NCBI GenBank assembly: GCA_963843895.1
Contig: CAWJME010000004.1
Span: 628-64,627, forward strand
Origin: an uncultured Actinomycetota bacterium
GTDB taxonomy: Bacteria; Actinomycetota; Actinomycetes; Actinomycetales; Dermatophilaceae
Length of the DNA: 64,000 nt
Direction of reading: 5' to 3'
Shown here piece after piece: positions 31,601-40,900 of the stretch (positions within the stretch are counted from its first letter, which is position 1; each line of letters begins with the position of its first letter). The notes below the pieces were generated by a model, which saw only the letters and a program-made list of their open reading frames with translations, did no database searches and was not told the origin of the DNA. The position numbers were made by a program, and so were the translations under genes.

Positions 31601-32569
31601 TCAGGTCGTCGTGGCCTGGGGCGGGGTCGCGGACGGAGCGTGACCCGGACGGCGGCGCCACCAGAGCACCACGGGGGTGAGGGCGAGGGCTCCGGCGACC
31701 GCGAAGGGGAGCAGCGCCCCGAGGAGGGTGAGGACGAGGCGGACGGAGGTCGTGAAGGCCTCCCACCCGGCGGCGAGCCCGGCGAGGAAGCCGGTGGGGT
31801 CCTCGGGCACGACGGCGCCGTCGGTGCTGAGCCGCACCGTGATGGGGGACAGGCTCACCTGGTCGTCGAGCGCGGCGAGCTGCTGCTCCATCGACTCGAG
31901 GTCGGCCTGGCGGCGGGAGAGCTCGGCCTCGAGGCTCACGATGTCGGCCAGCTTGTCGGCCCTGCCCATGAGCGCCCGGACCCGCTCGACGCTGGCCTTC
32001 ATCGTCTCGACGCGCGCCGCGGTGTCGACGTACCGGGCCGTGACGTCGTCGGTGCTGCTCTGCCGGGAGAGGACGGTGCCGACCTTGGCGACCTCGTCGA
32101 GCGTGGCGTCGAGCTTCTCGGTCGGCACGGAGACGGTCACCGTGCCCCAGCCGGCGGGCGGCTCCGTCGGGGGGCGGGTGTCGCTGGTGGCACCCGGGTC
32201 GCTGGAGACCTCCTCGGAGACGACGAGCCCCCCGGCCCGCACGGCGATGGTGCGCAGCGTGGAGGCGGCCCGGGTGACGTCGTCGACCCGCAGCGCGACG
32301 TCCGCCCGGCGCGCGAGCTTGCGCTCGGCCACGGCGGCCGCCACGGCTGCGGTGCCCTGGCCCGCTGCCGGTGCGGCGGCGTCGGGGGCGGCGAGCGACT
32401 GCTGCCGTGCGTCACCCGGGGCCTCGGCGACGGTGCCGGCGGACCCGGCCTCGGAGTCGGCGCTGCTCGAGGAGTCGCCGCTGCTGCAGGCGCCGAGGGC
32501 GGTGAGGGCGAGCAGGCCCGCGGCAAGGGTGCCGGCGAGGCGGGGGAGGGGGCGGGTCGGGGTGCGCAC
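31601..32569 (-). CDS. DUF4349 domain lipoprotein/membrane protein
   Basis: GTG 32569 is preceded by AAGGAG. LTALGACSS lipobox, a coiled-coil region and a C-terminal TM segment. Lies in track ORF 31601..33991. Confidence 0.7.
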   Translation of the reverse strand: MRTPTRPLPRLAGTLAAGLLALTALGACSSGDSSSSADSEAGSAGTVAEAPGDARQQSLAAPDAAAPAAGQGTAAVAAAVAERKLARRADVALRVDDVTRAASTLRTIAVRAGGLVVSEEVSSDPGATSDTRPPTEPPAGWGTVTVSVPTEKLDATLDEVAKVGTVLSRQSSTDDVTARYVDTAARVETMKASVERVRALMGRADKLADIVSLEAELSRRQADLESMEQQLAALDDQVSLSPITVRLSTDGAVVPEDPTGFLAGLAAGWEAFTTSVRLVLTLLGALLPFAVAGALALTPVVLWWRRRPGHAPSATPPQATTT

Positions 32570-32711
32570 GGTGACTCCTTCGTCGGTGGCTCGGTCGAGG
32601 GTGAGGTGCCTCTCACGGCGCGGACGTTCCCGGCCGTGCGTCTCGATCCGGTCACGAATGCGGCACGGGACCGGTTCCGGGGGCCCGCAGACCGCGTGAG
32701 ACGCTGAGGCC

Positions 32712-34157
32712 ATGTCCTCGGCGCCCGTGACGACCCGGCCGCACGTCGCCGTCGTCGGGGGCGGGATCGCCGGTCTCACCGCGGCCCTCGAGGTCCTCGA
32801 CCTCGTCCCGGACGCCCACGTCACGCTGCTCGAGGCGGGTGACCGCTTCGGCGGCAAGCTGCGCCTCGACCCGGTGGCGGGCCTGCTCGTCGACGTCGGC
32901 GCCGAGTCCCTGCTCGCGACCCGTCCCGAGGCGCTCGACCTCGCGCGCCGGGTCGGGGTCGCCGAGGCCGACCTCGTCTCCCCGGCCACGACGTCCGCGT
33001 CCGTGTGGAGCCGCGGAGCCCTGCACCCGATGCCCCGCGCGACGCTCATGGGCGTGCCCACCGACCCTGCAGCGGCCCGGGGGGTCCTCTCCGACACCGA
33101 GGTCGAGCGGGCGGCGGCGGAGGAGCCCTGGCCGGGCGGCTCCGTCGACGGCGACGTGTCGGTGGGGGAGTACGTCTCGCGCCGGCTGGGGCGGGCCGTC
33201 GTGGACCGGCTCGTCGAGCCGCTGCTCGGCGGGGTGTACGCCGGCCACGCCGACCGGCTCTCGCTGCACGCGACGATGCCCGTGCTGTGGGAGCGGGCGG
33301 TCCGTGGCGGCTCGTTGCTGACGCCGGCCCCGGAGCGGGCGCCGGCGCCCGACGGGTCGCAGCGGCCGCCGTTCGCCGGCATCCGCGGTGGGGTGGGCCG
33401 GCTGGCCGGCGAGCTCGTCGACGTCCTCCGCTCGCGCGGGGTGCTGCTGCGGACCGGCGCCGTCGTCCGGGGGCTCGAGCGGGCCGACGGTCGCTGGCGC
33501 CTCGTCGTCGGGTCGGCCGCCGCCCCGCTCGCCGTCGAGGCGGACGCGGTCGTCCTCGCGGTGCCGCCGGCCCCCGCGTCACGCCTGCTCGCCGACCTGG
33601 CGCCGACGGCCTCCCGGGCGCTCGGGGAGGTCGAGACGGCGTCGATGGCCGTCGTCACCCTCGCGGTGCGGCGGGACGGCATCGGCGAGCTGCCCGGCTC
33701 GGGGTTCCTCGTGCCGCCGGTCGAGGGGCGCGCCATCAAGGCGAGCACGTTCAGCTCCGCGAAGTGGGAGTGGGTCGGCGGGCTCTCCTCCGACGTCGTC
33801 CTCCTCCGGGCCTCGCTCGGCCGGGCCCGCGAGGAGGCCGTCCTGCAGCGCGACGACGCCGACCTCGTGACCCTCGCCGTCGCCGACATCGGGGAGGCGC
33901 TGGGGCGGCCGCTGCCCCCGGTCGTCGACCACCACGTCCAGCGCTGGGGCGGGGGGCTGCCGCAGTACGCCGTGGGCCACGTCGAGCGCATCGCCTCCGT
34001 CCGGGCCGACGTCGCCCGGCTCGACGGCGTCGAGGTCGCCGGCGCCGGCTACGACGGCGTCGGCGTCCCCGCCGTCATCGCCTCCGCCGCCGCGGCCGCC
34101 CGCGGCGTCACCACGCACCTCACCACCAGCACCGCACCCCGAGGAGGGTCCCGATGA
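32712..34157 (+). CDS. hemY: protoporphyrinogen/coproporphyrinogen III oxidase (FAD, HemY/CgoX type)
   Basis: Track [17 protein letters not shown] dinucleotide fold; GGKL; C-terminal [13 protein letters not shown]. Confidence 0.85.
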   Translation: MSSAPVTTRPHVAVVGGGIAGLTAALEVLDLVPDAHVTLLEAGDRFGGKLRLDPVAGLLVDVGAESLLATRPEALDLARRVGVAEADLVSPATTSASVWSRGALHPMPRATLMGVPTDPAAARGVLSDTEVERAAAEEPWPGGSVDGDVSVGEYVSRRLGRAVVDRLVEPLLGGVYAGHADRLSLHATMPVLWERAVRGGSLLTPAPERAPAPDGSQRPPFAGIRGGVGRLAGELVDVLRSRGVLLRTGAVVRGLERADGRWRLVVGSAAAPLAVEADAVVLAVPPAPASRLLADLAPTASRALGEVETASMAVVTLAVRRDGIGELPGSGFLVPPVEGRAIKASTFSSAKWEWVGGLSSDVVLLRASLGRAREEAVLQRDDADLVTLAVADIGEALGRPLPPVVDHHVQRWGGGLPQYAVGHVERIASVRADVARLDGVEVAGAGYDGVGVPAVIASAAAAARGVTTHLTTSTAPRGGSR

Positions 34158-34888
34158 GCACCCCGTCCCAGCCCGGCGGAAAGCCGAACGCGAAGCCCGG
34201 CGCCGCGCGCATCCGCGAGATCAACGACACCATCCGGTACGCGATGTGGTCGGTCTTCGCCGTCGCCGAGGCGCTCGAGGACGCCGACCGCGAGGCGCTC
34301 GCGGCCGAGGTCGAGGAGCTGTTCGCCTCGGTCGGCGCGCAGGACGTCGTCGTCCGCGGCGTCTACGACGTGGCCGGCCTCCGGGCCGACGCCGACCTCA
34401 TGGTGTGGTGGCACGCGCCCACCATCGAGGCCCTCCAGGAGGCCTACCACGGGCTGCTGCGCACCGACTTCGGGAGCCACCTCGACCCCGTGTGGTCGGT
34501 CGCCGCGCTGCACCGGCCCGCGGAGTTCAACAAGAGCCACATCCCGGCGTTCATGTCCGGCGAGGAGGCGCGGCGCTACATCTGCGTCTATCCGTTCGTG
34601 CGGTCCTACGACTGGTACCTGCTGGGGGACCAGGAGCGGCGCGACATGCTCGTCGAGCACGGGCAGATGGCCCGCGACTACCCGGACGTGCGGGCCAACA
34701 CCATCGCCTCGTTCGCCCTCAACGACTACGAGTGGGTCCTGGCGTTCGAGGCGGACGAGCTGCACCGCATCGTCGACCTCATGCGTGACCTGCGGGCGTC
34801 CAAGGCCCGGATGCACGTCCGCGAGGAGGTGCCCTTCTACACCGGTCCGCGCGTGGAGGTGCGCGACCTCCTGGCTCGCCTGCGCTGA
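34154..34888 (+). CDS. hemQ: coproheme decarboxylase (chlorite-dismutase family, HemQ/ChdC)
   Basis: ATG 34154 overlaps the hemY stop (ATGA). C-terminal part of track ORF 33005..34888. [23 protein letters not shown] and [17 protein letters not shown]. Confidence 0.85.
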   Translation: MSTPSQPGGKPNAKPGAARIREINDTIRYAMWSVFAVAEALEDADREALAAEVEELFASVGAQDVVVRGVYDVAGLRADADLMVWWHAPTIEALQEAYHGLLRTDFGSHLDPVWSVAALHRPAEFNKSHIPAFMSGEEARRYICVYPFVRSYDWYLLGDQERRDMLVEHGQMARDYPDVRANTIASFALNDYEWVLAFEADELHRIVDLMRDLRASKARMHVREEVPFYTGPRVEVRDLLARLR

Positions 34889-36644
34889 CCCCCGCGCCGC
34901 CCCGCCCCGCCCCGCCCCGCCCGCCGGGTGTATCGGGTGACCCGAGAAACCCGCGCTTCACCCGAGAAGGCTTCCGGGGTGAAGCGCGGGCTTCCCGGGG
35001 AGAGCGCCGAGGTGTGGCGGTCGTCCACAGGTGGCCCTCGCGGCGACGACGGTCCACAACCTCGGCCGAGGCGCGTGCGGAGAGGTCCCACCGTGCTGTG
35101 CTGCTGCGATGGAAGCGGACCTCCACCTCGTGGCCCAGCGGCAGGGCGGCGTCTTCACGACGGCCCAGGCCCGCGGTGTCGGTGTGGGCGAGCGAGCGCT
35201 GACCCGCCTGCGACGGCAACGGTCGGTCGTGTCGCTCGGTCGGTCCGTGTACGCATTCACCCCCGCCTGGCCGGAGCGAGAGGCGGACCGCCTGGCCGTC
35301 CGCACCCGCGGCGCTCTGGCGCTCTACCCGGATGCCGCGCCCTGCGGTGCCTCGAGCCTGGCTCTTCGCGACGTCCCCGTCTTCGGGGTCGAGACCAGCC
35401 GGGCCGACATCGTGAGGCCGGTGCATCGCGAGGTGCTGACCGGGCTGTGCCGGATCCGGGAGCCCCACCCGGTCATCCGCCCCGGCACGGACACGGAAGG
35501 GACGCCCGAGCGGATCGCCGGCGCCGTGGTCCAGACGGCGCTCGACCACGGCCACGTGCCCGCGGTCGTCGCGGGGGACCACGCGCTGCAGCACGAGCTG
35601 ACGACGCTCCATGCGCTCGATGCCGCGATCCTGGCCGTGGAGGGGTGGCCGGACGCCGGGCGGGTGCGCACCATGCGCGCGTTCGTCGACGGCCGGTCCG
35701 AGTCCGTCGGTGAGACCCGCCTCCGGTTGTTCGTGCGCGCCCTGGGGTGGTCGGTCGTCCCGCAGTTCCCCATCGCCGACGACGACGAGGTCTTCGCCTA
35801 CGCCGACCTCGGGGTCGAGGGGACGAACCTGCTCCTCGAGTTCGACGGCCGGGTCAAGTACGGCGAAGGCTCCGACGCGTTGTGGCGCGAGAAACAGCGG
35901 GAGGACCGCATTCGCCGTCAGGGCTACGGCTTCGAGCGCGTCATCTGGTCCGACCTCGACCGGCCCGTCGCCCTCACCGCGCGCCTTCAGGCGGCCCTCG
36001 CGCGGTCGTCCCCGGACCCGCGTGGCCTGCCGTCGGCGAGCTGACGCACCCGGCCGAACTGCCCACCCGGCACTCTCATGTGGCCGCTCCACCCGGAAAG
36101 CCCGCACTTCACCCGAGAAGGCTTCTCGGGTGAAGAGCGGGTGTATCGGGTGACCCGAGAAACCAGCCGGGGGCGGCCGAGCGCGGGGGGAGGGTCGGGC
36201 GAGCGCCGGCGATGGAGTTGAGTCGGTGGGGCGCAGCGTCAGGCTGATGGAGTTGATGCAGTAGCGCTGGTCGGTCGGGGTGTCGAAGCCCTCGCCCTCG
36301 AAGACGTGGCCGAGGTGGCTGCCGCACGTCGCACACCGCACCTCGACGCGGGTCATCCCCATCGAGCGGTCCTCGATGAGCTCGACCGACTCGCCGGCGA
36401 GCGGGGTGTAGAACGAGGGCCAGCCGCAGTGGCTCTCGAACTTGGTGTCCGACTCGAACAGCTCGGCCCCGCAGGCACGGCACGCGTAGACCCCGACCGT
36501 GTGGCTGTCGGTGTACTCGCCGGCGTACGGGCGCTCGGTCCCGGCCTGGCGCAGCACCTGGTACTCGGCGGGCGAGAGCGCCTCGCGCCACTCGGCCTCG
36601 GACTTCTGGACGGCGTACTCGCGGGCGGTGGGCTTCATCGTCAT
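34779..36644 (-). CDS. msrB: peptide-methionine (R)-S-oxide reductase MsrB; only the first ~140 codons (about 36225-36644) are MsrB, and the frame then stays open to 34779
   Basis: Track ORF, 621 aa. MsrB motifs [37 protein letters not shown] and RYCINS. There is no in-frame stop after the domain. The 3' end is therefore uncertain or aberrant. Confidence 0.6.
   Translation of the reverse strand: MTMKPTAREYAVQKSEAEWREALSPAEYQVLRQAGTERPYAGEYTDSHTVGVYACRACGAELFESDTKFESHCGWPSFYTPLAGESVELIEDRSMGMTRVEVRCATCGSHLGHVFEGEGFDTPTDQRYCINSISLTLRPTDSTPSPALARPSPRARPPPAGFSGHPIHPLFTREAFSGEVRAFRVERPHESAGWAVRPGASARRRQATRVRGRPREGRLKARGEGDGPVEVGPDDALEAVALTANAVLPLFLAPQRVGAFAVLDPAVELEEQVRPLDPEVGVGEDLVVVGDGELRDDRPPQGAHEQPEAGLTDGLGPAVDERAHGAHPPGVRPPLHGQDRGIERMERRQLVLQRVVPRDDRGHVAVVERRLDHGAGDPLGRPFRVRAGADDRVGLPDPAQPGQHLAMHRPHDVGPAGLDPEDGDVAKSQARGTAGRGIRVERQSAAGADGQAVRLSLRPGGGECVHGPTERHDRPLPSQAGQRSLAHTDTAGLGRREDAALPLGHEVEVRFHRSSTARWDLSARASAEVVDRRRREGHLWTTATPRRSPREARASPRKPSRVKRGFLGSPDTPGGRGGAGRGGAGVSAGEPGGRAPPRADRCRRAPPRGRASGPWTPAGHA
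34889..34926. repeat. C-run microsatellite: four perfect CCCCG units (34900-34919) flanked by further C-runs
   Basis: Read directly. Starts 1 nt after the hemQ TGA. The minus strand reads G4-C-G4-C-G4-C-G4. Confidence 0.9.
34949..35010. repeat. left hairpin-containing repeat (CCCGCGCTTCACCC ... GGGTGAAGCGCGGG)
   Basis: Read directly. 14-bp stem. Confidence 0.8.
35109..36044 (+). CDS. AbiEi-like N-terminal domain / DUF559 (Vsr-like endonuclease fold) C-terminal domain protein
   Basis: ATG 35109 in track ORF 35031..36044. [43 protein letters not shown]-terminus. C-terminal [16 protein letters not shown]...EFDGRVKY...[24 protein letters not shown]. Confidence 0.7.
   Translation: MEADLHLVAQRQGGVFTTAQARGVGVGERALTRLRRQRSVVSLGRSVYAFTPAWPEREADRLAVRTRGALALYPDAAPCGASSLALRDVPVFGVETSRADIVRPVHREVLTGLCRIREPHPVIRPGTDTEGTPERIAGAVVQTALDHGHVPAVVAGDHALQHELTTLHALDAAILAVEGWPDAGRVRTMRAFVDGRSESVGETRLRLFVRALGWSVVPQFPIADDDEVFAYADLGVEGTNLLLEFDGRVKYGEGSDALWREKQREDRIRRQGYGFERVIWSDLDRPVALTARLQAALARSSPDPRGLPSAS
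36081..36164. repeat. right hairpin-containing repeat (20-bp stem CCCGCACTTCACCCGAGAAG / CTTCTCGGGTGAAGAGCGGG, one mismatch) plus the 27-bp direct repeat
   Basis: Read directly. Confidence 0.8.
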
Positions 36645-36745
36645 GCCTGTGGCAACACGCGGGCGCGCCCGATGGTTCCCCGGCCTCGACGACGAAAGGT
36701 CCTCGTGAGGTCCGGGGCGTCGGACGCCGTGGCTAGGCTCGCGCC

Positions 36746-38914
36746 ATGGCGGATGCGCAGATCGTCGAGGTCGAGGGCCCGCACGGGGTGCGGGAGGTCC
36801 GGCTGAGCAGCCCCGACCGCCTCATGTGGCCCGATGCCGGGATCACCAAGGGCGACCTCGCCGGGTACGTCATGGCCGTCGGCGACTGCCTCGTCCGGCA
36901 CATCGGCGACCGCCCGGTCACCCTGCAGCGCTTCCCGGACGGCATCGAGGGCGAGGAGTTCTACCAGAAGAACCCGCCCAAGGGGATGCCCGACTGGGTG
37001 CGCACCACGCGCTGCCGCTACCCCAGCGGGCGCCGCCACGACCAGGTCGTCGTCGACGAGGTGGCCACCGCCGTCTGGGCCGTCCAGATGAACACCGTGA
37101 CGTTCCACCCGTGGCCGGTGCGCACCGCGGACAACGACAACCCCGACGAGCTGCGCATCGACCTCGACCCCCAGCCCGGCCGCACCTTCGGCGACGCCGT
37201 CGACGCCGCCCAGGCGCTCCGCGAGCTGATGGCCGAGCTCGGGCTCACCGCCTGGGCCAAGACGAGCGGCAACCGGGGGGTGCACGTCTACGCCCGCGTC
37301 GCTCCCACGCACGAGTTCCTCGACGTCCGCCACGGTGTCATCGGCATCGCCCGCGAGCTCGAGCGCCGGCTGCCCGACCTCGTGACCGCCTCGTGGTGGA
37401 AGGAGGAGCGGGGCGAGCGCGTCTTCGTCGACTTCAACCAGGCCTGCCGCGACCGCACCATCGCCTCCGCCTACAGCCCCCGCCCACTCCCGGGGGCCCC
37501 GGTCTCGATGCCCGTCACCTGGGAGGAGCTGCCGACCATCGCGCCGGCCGACTTCACGGTGCTCACCGTGCCCGACGTCCTCGAGGACCGCGGCGACGCG
37601 TGGGCCTCGATCGGCGACGCCGTCGGCGACGTGAGCACCGCGATCGGGCTCTGGGACCGGGACGTCCAGGAGCGCGGCCTCGGCGAGCTGAACTTCCCGC
37701 CCGACTACCCGAAGATGCCCGGCGAGCCGCCCCGCGTGCAGCCGAGCAAGCGGCGCCAGGACAAGGCCGACGACGAGTACATGGCCCCCAAGGCCGAACG
37801 CGACGCCGCCGCGCGCGAGGAGTGGGGGATGCCGGTCGTGCCGCCCGTCTCGCCGATGCTCGCCAAGCCGGTCAAGGGCCTCGACGCCGCGGCGCTGCGC
37901 GACACCGAGGTCGTCTACGAGCCGAAGTGGGACGGCTTCCGCTCGATCGTCTTCCGCTCGGGCGACCGGGTCGAGATCGGCAGCCGCAACGAGAAGCCGA
38001 TGACGCGCTACTTCCCCGAGGTGGTCGAGGCGGCGCTGGCCAACCTGCCCGAGCGCTGCGTCGTCGACGGCGAGATCATCGTCGTGCGCCCGGGGGAGGA
38101 CCGGCTCGACTTCGAGCTGCTGAGCCAGCGCATCCACCCCGCCGCGAGCCGGGTGGCGAAGCTCTCCGTCGAGACGCCCGCACGCTTCGTCGCCTTCGAC
38201 CTGCTCGCCCTCGGCGACGACGACCTCATGGGCCGCCCGTTCGCCGAGCGCCGGCGGCTCCTCGAGGAGGCCCTCGCCGATGCCGAGGCGCCGATCCACC
38301 TCACCCCGGCGACGAGCGACCGAGCGGTGGCCTCCGCGTGGTTCACCGAGTTCGAGGGGGCCGGGCTCGACGGGCTCGTCGCCAAGCCGGTCGACGGCAC
38401 CTACGAGCCCGACAAGCGGACGATGCTCAAGGTCAAGCACGAGCGGACCGCGGACTGCGTGGTCGCCGGGTACCGCCTCCACAAGTCCGGACCGGACGCC
38501 ATCGGGAGCCTGCTGCTCGGCATCCACGACGCCGACGGCAGCCTGCTGTCGGTCGGGGTCATCGGCGCCTTCCCGATGGCCCGCCGCCGCGAGCTGTTCG
38601 AGGAGCTGCAACCGCTCGTCACGGACTGGGGCGGCCACCCGTGGGCGTGGGCACGGCAGGAGGAGGGCACGCGCACCCCCCAGAACGCGGCCGGCAGCCG
38701 CTGGGCCGCCGGCAAGGACCTGTCCTTCACGCCGCTGCGCCCCGAGCGGGTCGTCGAGGTGCGCTACGACCACATGGAGGGGGTCCGCTTCCGGCACACC
38801 GCGCAGTTCGTGCGCTGGCGCCCCGACAAGGACCCCGGCGACTGCACCTACGACCAGCTCGACGAACCGGTCTCGTACGACCTGTCCGCCGTCCTCGACG
38901 GGGGGCGCGGGTGA
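36746..38914 (+). CDS. ligD: ATP-dependent DNA ligase LigD, primase-polymerase domain plus ligase domain, no phosphoesterase domain
   Basis: Track ORF. N-terminal Pol domain (FYQKN, ELRIDLDP, KTSGNRGVHVY, VDFNQ). C-terminal ligase (EPKWDGFR adenylation Lys, LDGLVAK, KVKHERTADCVV). Confidence 0.85.
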   Translation: MADAQIVEVEGPHGVREVRLSSPDRLMWPDAGITKGDLAGYVMAVGDCLVRHIGDRPVTLQRFPDGIEGEEFYQKNPPKGMPDWVRTTRCRYPSGRRHDQVVVDEVATAVWAVQMNTVTFHPWPVRTADNDNPDELRIDLDPQPGRTFGDAVDAAQALRELMAELGLTAWAKTSGNRGVHVYARVAPTHEFLDVRHGVIGIARELERRLPDLVTASWWKEERGERVFVDFNQACRDRTIASAYSPRPLPGAPVSMPVTWEELPTIAPADFTVLTVPDVLEDRGDAWASIGDAVGDVSTAIGLWDRDVQERGLGELNFPPDYPKMPGEPPRVQPSKRRQDKADDEYMAPKAERDAAAREEWGMPVVPPVSPMLAKPVKGLDAAALRDTEVVYEPKWDGFRSIVFRSGDRVEIGSRNEKPMTRYFPEVVEAALANLPERCVVDGEIIVVRPGEDRLDFELLSQRIHPAASRVAKLSVETPARFVAFDLLALGDDDLMGRPFAERRRLLEEALADAEAPIHLTPATSDRAVASAWFTEFEGAGLDGLVAKPVDGTYEPDKRTMLKVKHERTADCVVAGYRLHKSGPDAIGSLLLGIHDADGSLLSVGVIGAFPMARRRELFEELQPLVTDWGGHPWAWARQEEGTRTPQNAAGSRWAAGKDLSFTPLRPERVVEVRYDHMEGVRFRHTAQFVRWRPDKDPGDCTYDQLDEPVSYDLSAVLDGGRG

Positions 38915-40101
38915 GCGGGAGCCCTCTGTCCACCCGCTCACCGGGCCGGGTGCGCCGGGCGGCCGTGGCCGGTGCCGCCGTGGGCGGCACCGCGGCGCTG
39001 GCGTCCGGCGGCGGGTCCCTCGCGGCGGCGGCCTACTTCGCCCGCCGGGTACTCACCCCCGACGCGCGGCGCCCCGACGACGTCGTCGTGCGCGCCGTCG
39101 ACGGTGGCTCGGTCACCCTCGACACGACCGCCGACACGGTCGTGCCCGGCCGGTACGGGCTCTGGCTCGAGGAGGGCGAGGGGCACGCCCGGCTCGGCGA
39201 CGTGCTCGAGCTCGACGCGGGTGCCGGTGTGGTGCGCCGCGAGCTCCTCGGGCTCGACCGCGGCGTCCTCGCACCCGGACCCGCGCGCTGGAACTCCTAC
39301 TTCCACGGGTCCCCACCCGACGAGAGCCTGGGACTGCCGACCGAGCGGGTCGTCTACGACGGCGAGCTCGGGCCGATGCCGGCCTGGGTGGTCGCGCCCG
39401 ACGGCGTGCCGACGCAACGCTGGGCGGTCCTCGTGCACGGCCGGGGCGCGCGCCGCGAGGAGGCGATCCGCGCGATGGCGCCGTTGCTCGCCGCGGGGTG
39501 GACGTGCCTGGTGCCCTCGTACCGCAACGACGAGGGGGTGCCGCCCGGCCCGGACCGCCGCTACGCCCTCGGTCTGTCCGAGTGGCGCGACGTCGAGGCC
39601 GCGATGGCGTACGCGGTGCGCCGGGGAGCCACCGAGCTGCTCCTCGGCGGGTGGTCGATGGGAGGCGCGATCGTGCTGCAGGTCCTCGACCGCTCCGGGC
39701 TCTCCTCGCTCGTGTCGCGCGTCGTCCTCGACGCTCCGGTCGTCGACTGGGGTGACGTCCTCTCGCACCACGCGCGGGAGCACCGCATCCCACGGCCGGT
39801 GGGCTCGCTGGCGCGGGTGATGATGCGCCAGCGGTGGGGGCACCGGCTCGTCGGGGTGCACGAGGGGGTCGACCTCGCGCTCACCGACTGGGTGCGCCGC
39901 GCCGACGAGCTGCACCACCGCGTCCTGCTCATCCACTCCGCCGACGACGAGTTCGTCCCGTTCGGTCCGTCCCTCGCCCTCGCCCAGGCCCGGCCCGACC
40001 TCGTCACCTTCCACGAGTGGCGGATCGCCCGGCACTGCGCGGAGTGGAACACCGACCCCGAGCGCTGGGAGTCCCTCGTCCGCGACTACGCCTCCGGCTA
40101 G
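38911..40101 (+). CDS. alpha/beta hydrolase with N-terminal membrane/signal segment
   Basis: GTG 38911 overlaps the ligD stop (GTGA). C-terminal part of track ORF 36826..40101. GGWSMGG nucleophile elbow; HSADDEFVP. Confidence 0.75.
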   Translation: MSGSPLSTRSPGRVRRAAVAGAAVGGTAALASGGGSLAAAAYFARRVLTPDARRPDDVVVRAVDGGSVTLDTTADTVVPGRYGLWLEEGEGHARLGDVLELDAGAGVVRRELLGLDRGVLAPGPARWNSYFHGSPPDESLGLPTERVVYDGELGPMPAWVVAPDGVPTQRWAVLVHGRGARREEAIRAMAPLLAAGWTCLVPSYRNDEGVPPGPDRRYALGLSEWRDVEAAMAYAVRRGATELLLGGWSMGGAIVLQVLDRSGLSSLVSRVVLDAPVVDWGDVLSHHAREHRIPRPVGSLARVMMRQRWGHRLVGVHEGVDLALTDWVRRADELHHRVLLIHSADDEFVPFGPSLALAQARPDLVTFHEWRIARHCAEWNTDPERWESLVRDYASG

Positions 40102-40119
40102 CGGCCCACGCCGGCGGCC

Positions 40120-40860
40120 TCAGCGGCGGACCCGCCAGAGCCCGAGCAGGGTGCCGGCCTCCTCGACGAGCAGGTGCGGGCGCAGGGCGACACCCTCCGG
40201 CGCCCCGAGGGGCGGACCCGACACGATCCGCGGGAAGTCCCCACCCACGACCGTCGGCGCGAGGGTGAGCGCCATCTCGTCGACGACCCCCGCGGCGAGG
40301 GCGGTCCCGAGCAGCGAGGGACCCCCCTCGAGGAGCACCCGGCGCAGCCCGCGCCCGGCCAGCGCGTCGAGCGCCGCCGCGAGGTCGACCGTCTCGTCAC
40401 CGCACACGAGCACCGCCTCGTCGCCGAGCGCCCCCCTCGCCCGGACCAGCGCGCGCTCCCCGGCGGCGGCGCACGTGACGAGCAGCCCCGCCCCACGGTC
40501 CTCGGTGGGCGTGCGCAGGCCCTCCGGCACCCGTCCGCTGCGCGTCACGGCCACGAGCGCCGCCGGCACGGGGGAGTGGCGCGTCGACCGCAGCCGCGTG
40601 TACCCCTCGTCCCGCACCGTCCCGGCGCCGACGAGGACGGCGTCGGCGGCGTCGCGCAGCACCGCGAAGACACGGTGGTCCGGCGGGGTGTTCACGGACC
40701 CGCTGCGCCCGTCGGACCCGACCGCCGACCCGTCGAGGGTGGTCACCATGTTCGAGCGCACCCACCGCCCCCGCGGCGGGGCGTAGAGGTCGCGCAGGGC
40801 GCCGGCGGTGAGCCGGGCACCCGGGTCGCCGGGCCGGCGGGGGTCGAGGAGGACGCGCAC
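40120..40860 (-). CDS. pyrimidine reductase family protein (RibD C-terminal / DHFR-like domain)
   Basis: GTG 40860 in track ORF 40120..41391. NMVTTLDGSA, RDAADAVLVGAGTVRDEGY and LLEGGPSLL. Confidence 0.75.
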   Translation of the reverse strand: MRVLLDPRRPGDPGARLTAGALRDLYAPPRGRWVRSNMVTTLDGSAVGSDGRSGSVNTPPDHRVFAVLRDAADAVLVGAGTVRDEGYTRLRSTRHSPVPAALVAVTRSGRVPEGLRTPTEDRGAGLLVTCAAAGERALVRARGALGDEAVLVCGDETVDLAAALDALAGRGLRRVLLEGGPSLLGTALAAGVVDEMALTLAPTVVGGDFPRIVSGPPLGAPEGVALRPHLLVEEAGTLLGLWRVRR

Positions 40861-40864
40861 GTGG

Positions 40865-40896
40865 GCATCCTCGCAGGCGTCGCTCTGCGAGGATGC
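40865..40896. promoter_or_regulatory. 12-bp perfect inverted repeat GCATCCTCGCAG-N8-CTGCGAGGATGC
   Basis: Read directly. Occupies most of the 40-nt gap between divergent start codons 40860 (-) and 40901 (+). Confidence 0.45.
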
Positions 40897-40900
40897 GGCC

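Larger units (their letters stand above)
34925..36164. mobile_element. candidate insertion cassette: 27-bp direct repeats outside about 60-bp inverted hairpin repeats, flanking one AbiEi/DUF559 gene
   Basis: Perfect 27-mer CGGGTGTATCGGGTGACCCGAGAAACC at 34925-34951 and 36138-36164. 34949-35010 matches the reverse complement of 36081-36142 at about 52 of 62 positions (hand alignment). No transposase or integrase inside. Confidence 0.4.

Noticed and set aside
35109-36044. AbiEi-like gene as a complete AbiE/type IV toxin-antitoxin defence system
   Set aside because: No AbiEii-type nucleotidyltransferase partner lies on either side. The C-terminal half is DUF559-like. I treat it as a solitary, possibly selfish, gene rather than a functional TA pair.
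36826-40101. 1,091-aa plus-strand ORF
   Set aside because: Its first ~695 codons are an alternative frame of ligD (Arg/Pro-rich). Only the part from GTG 38911 is the alpha/beta hydrolase.
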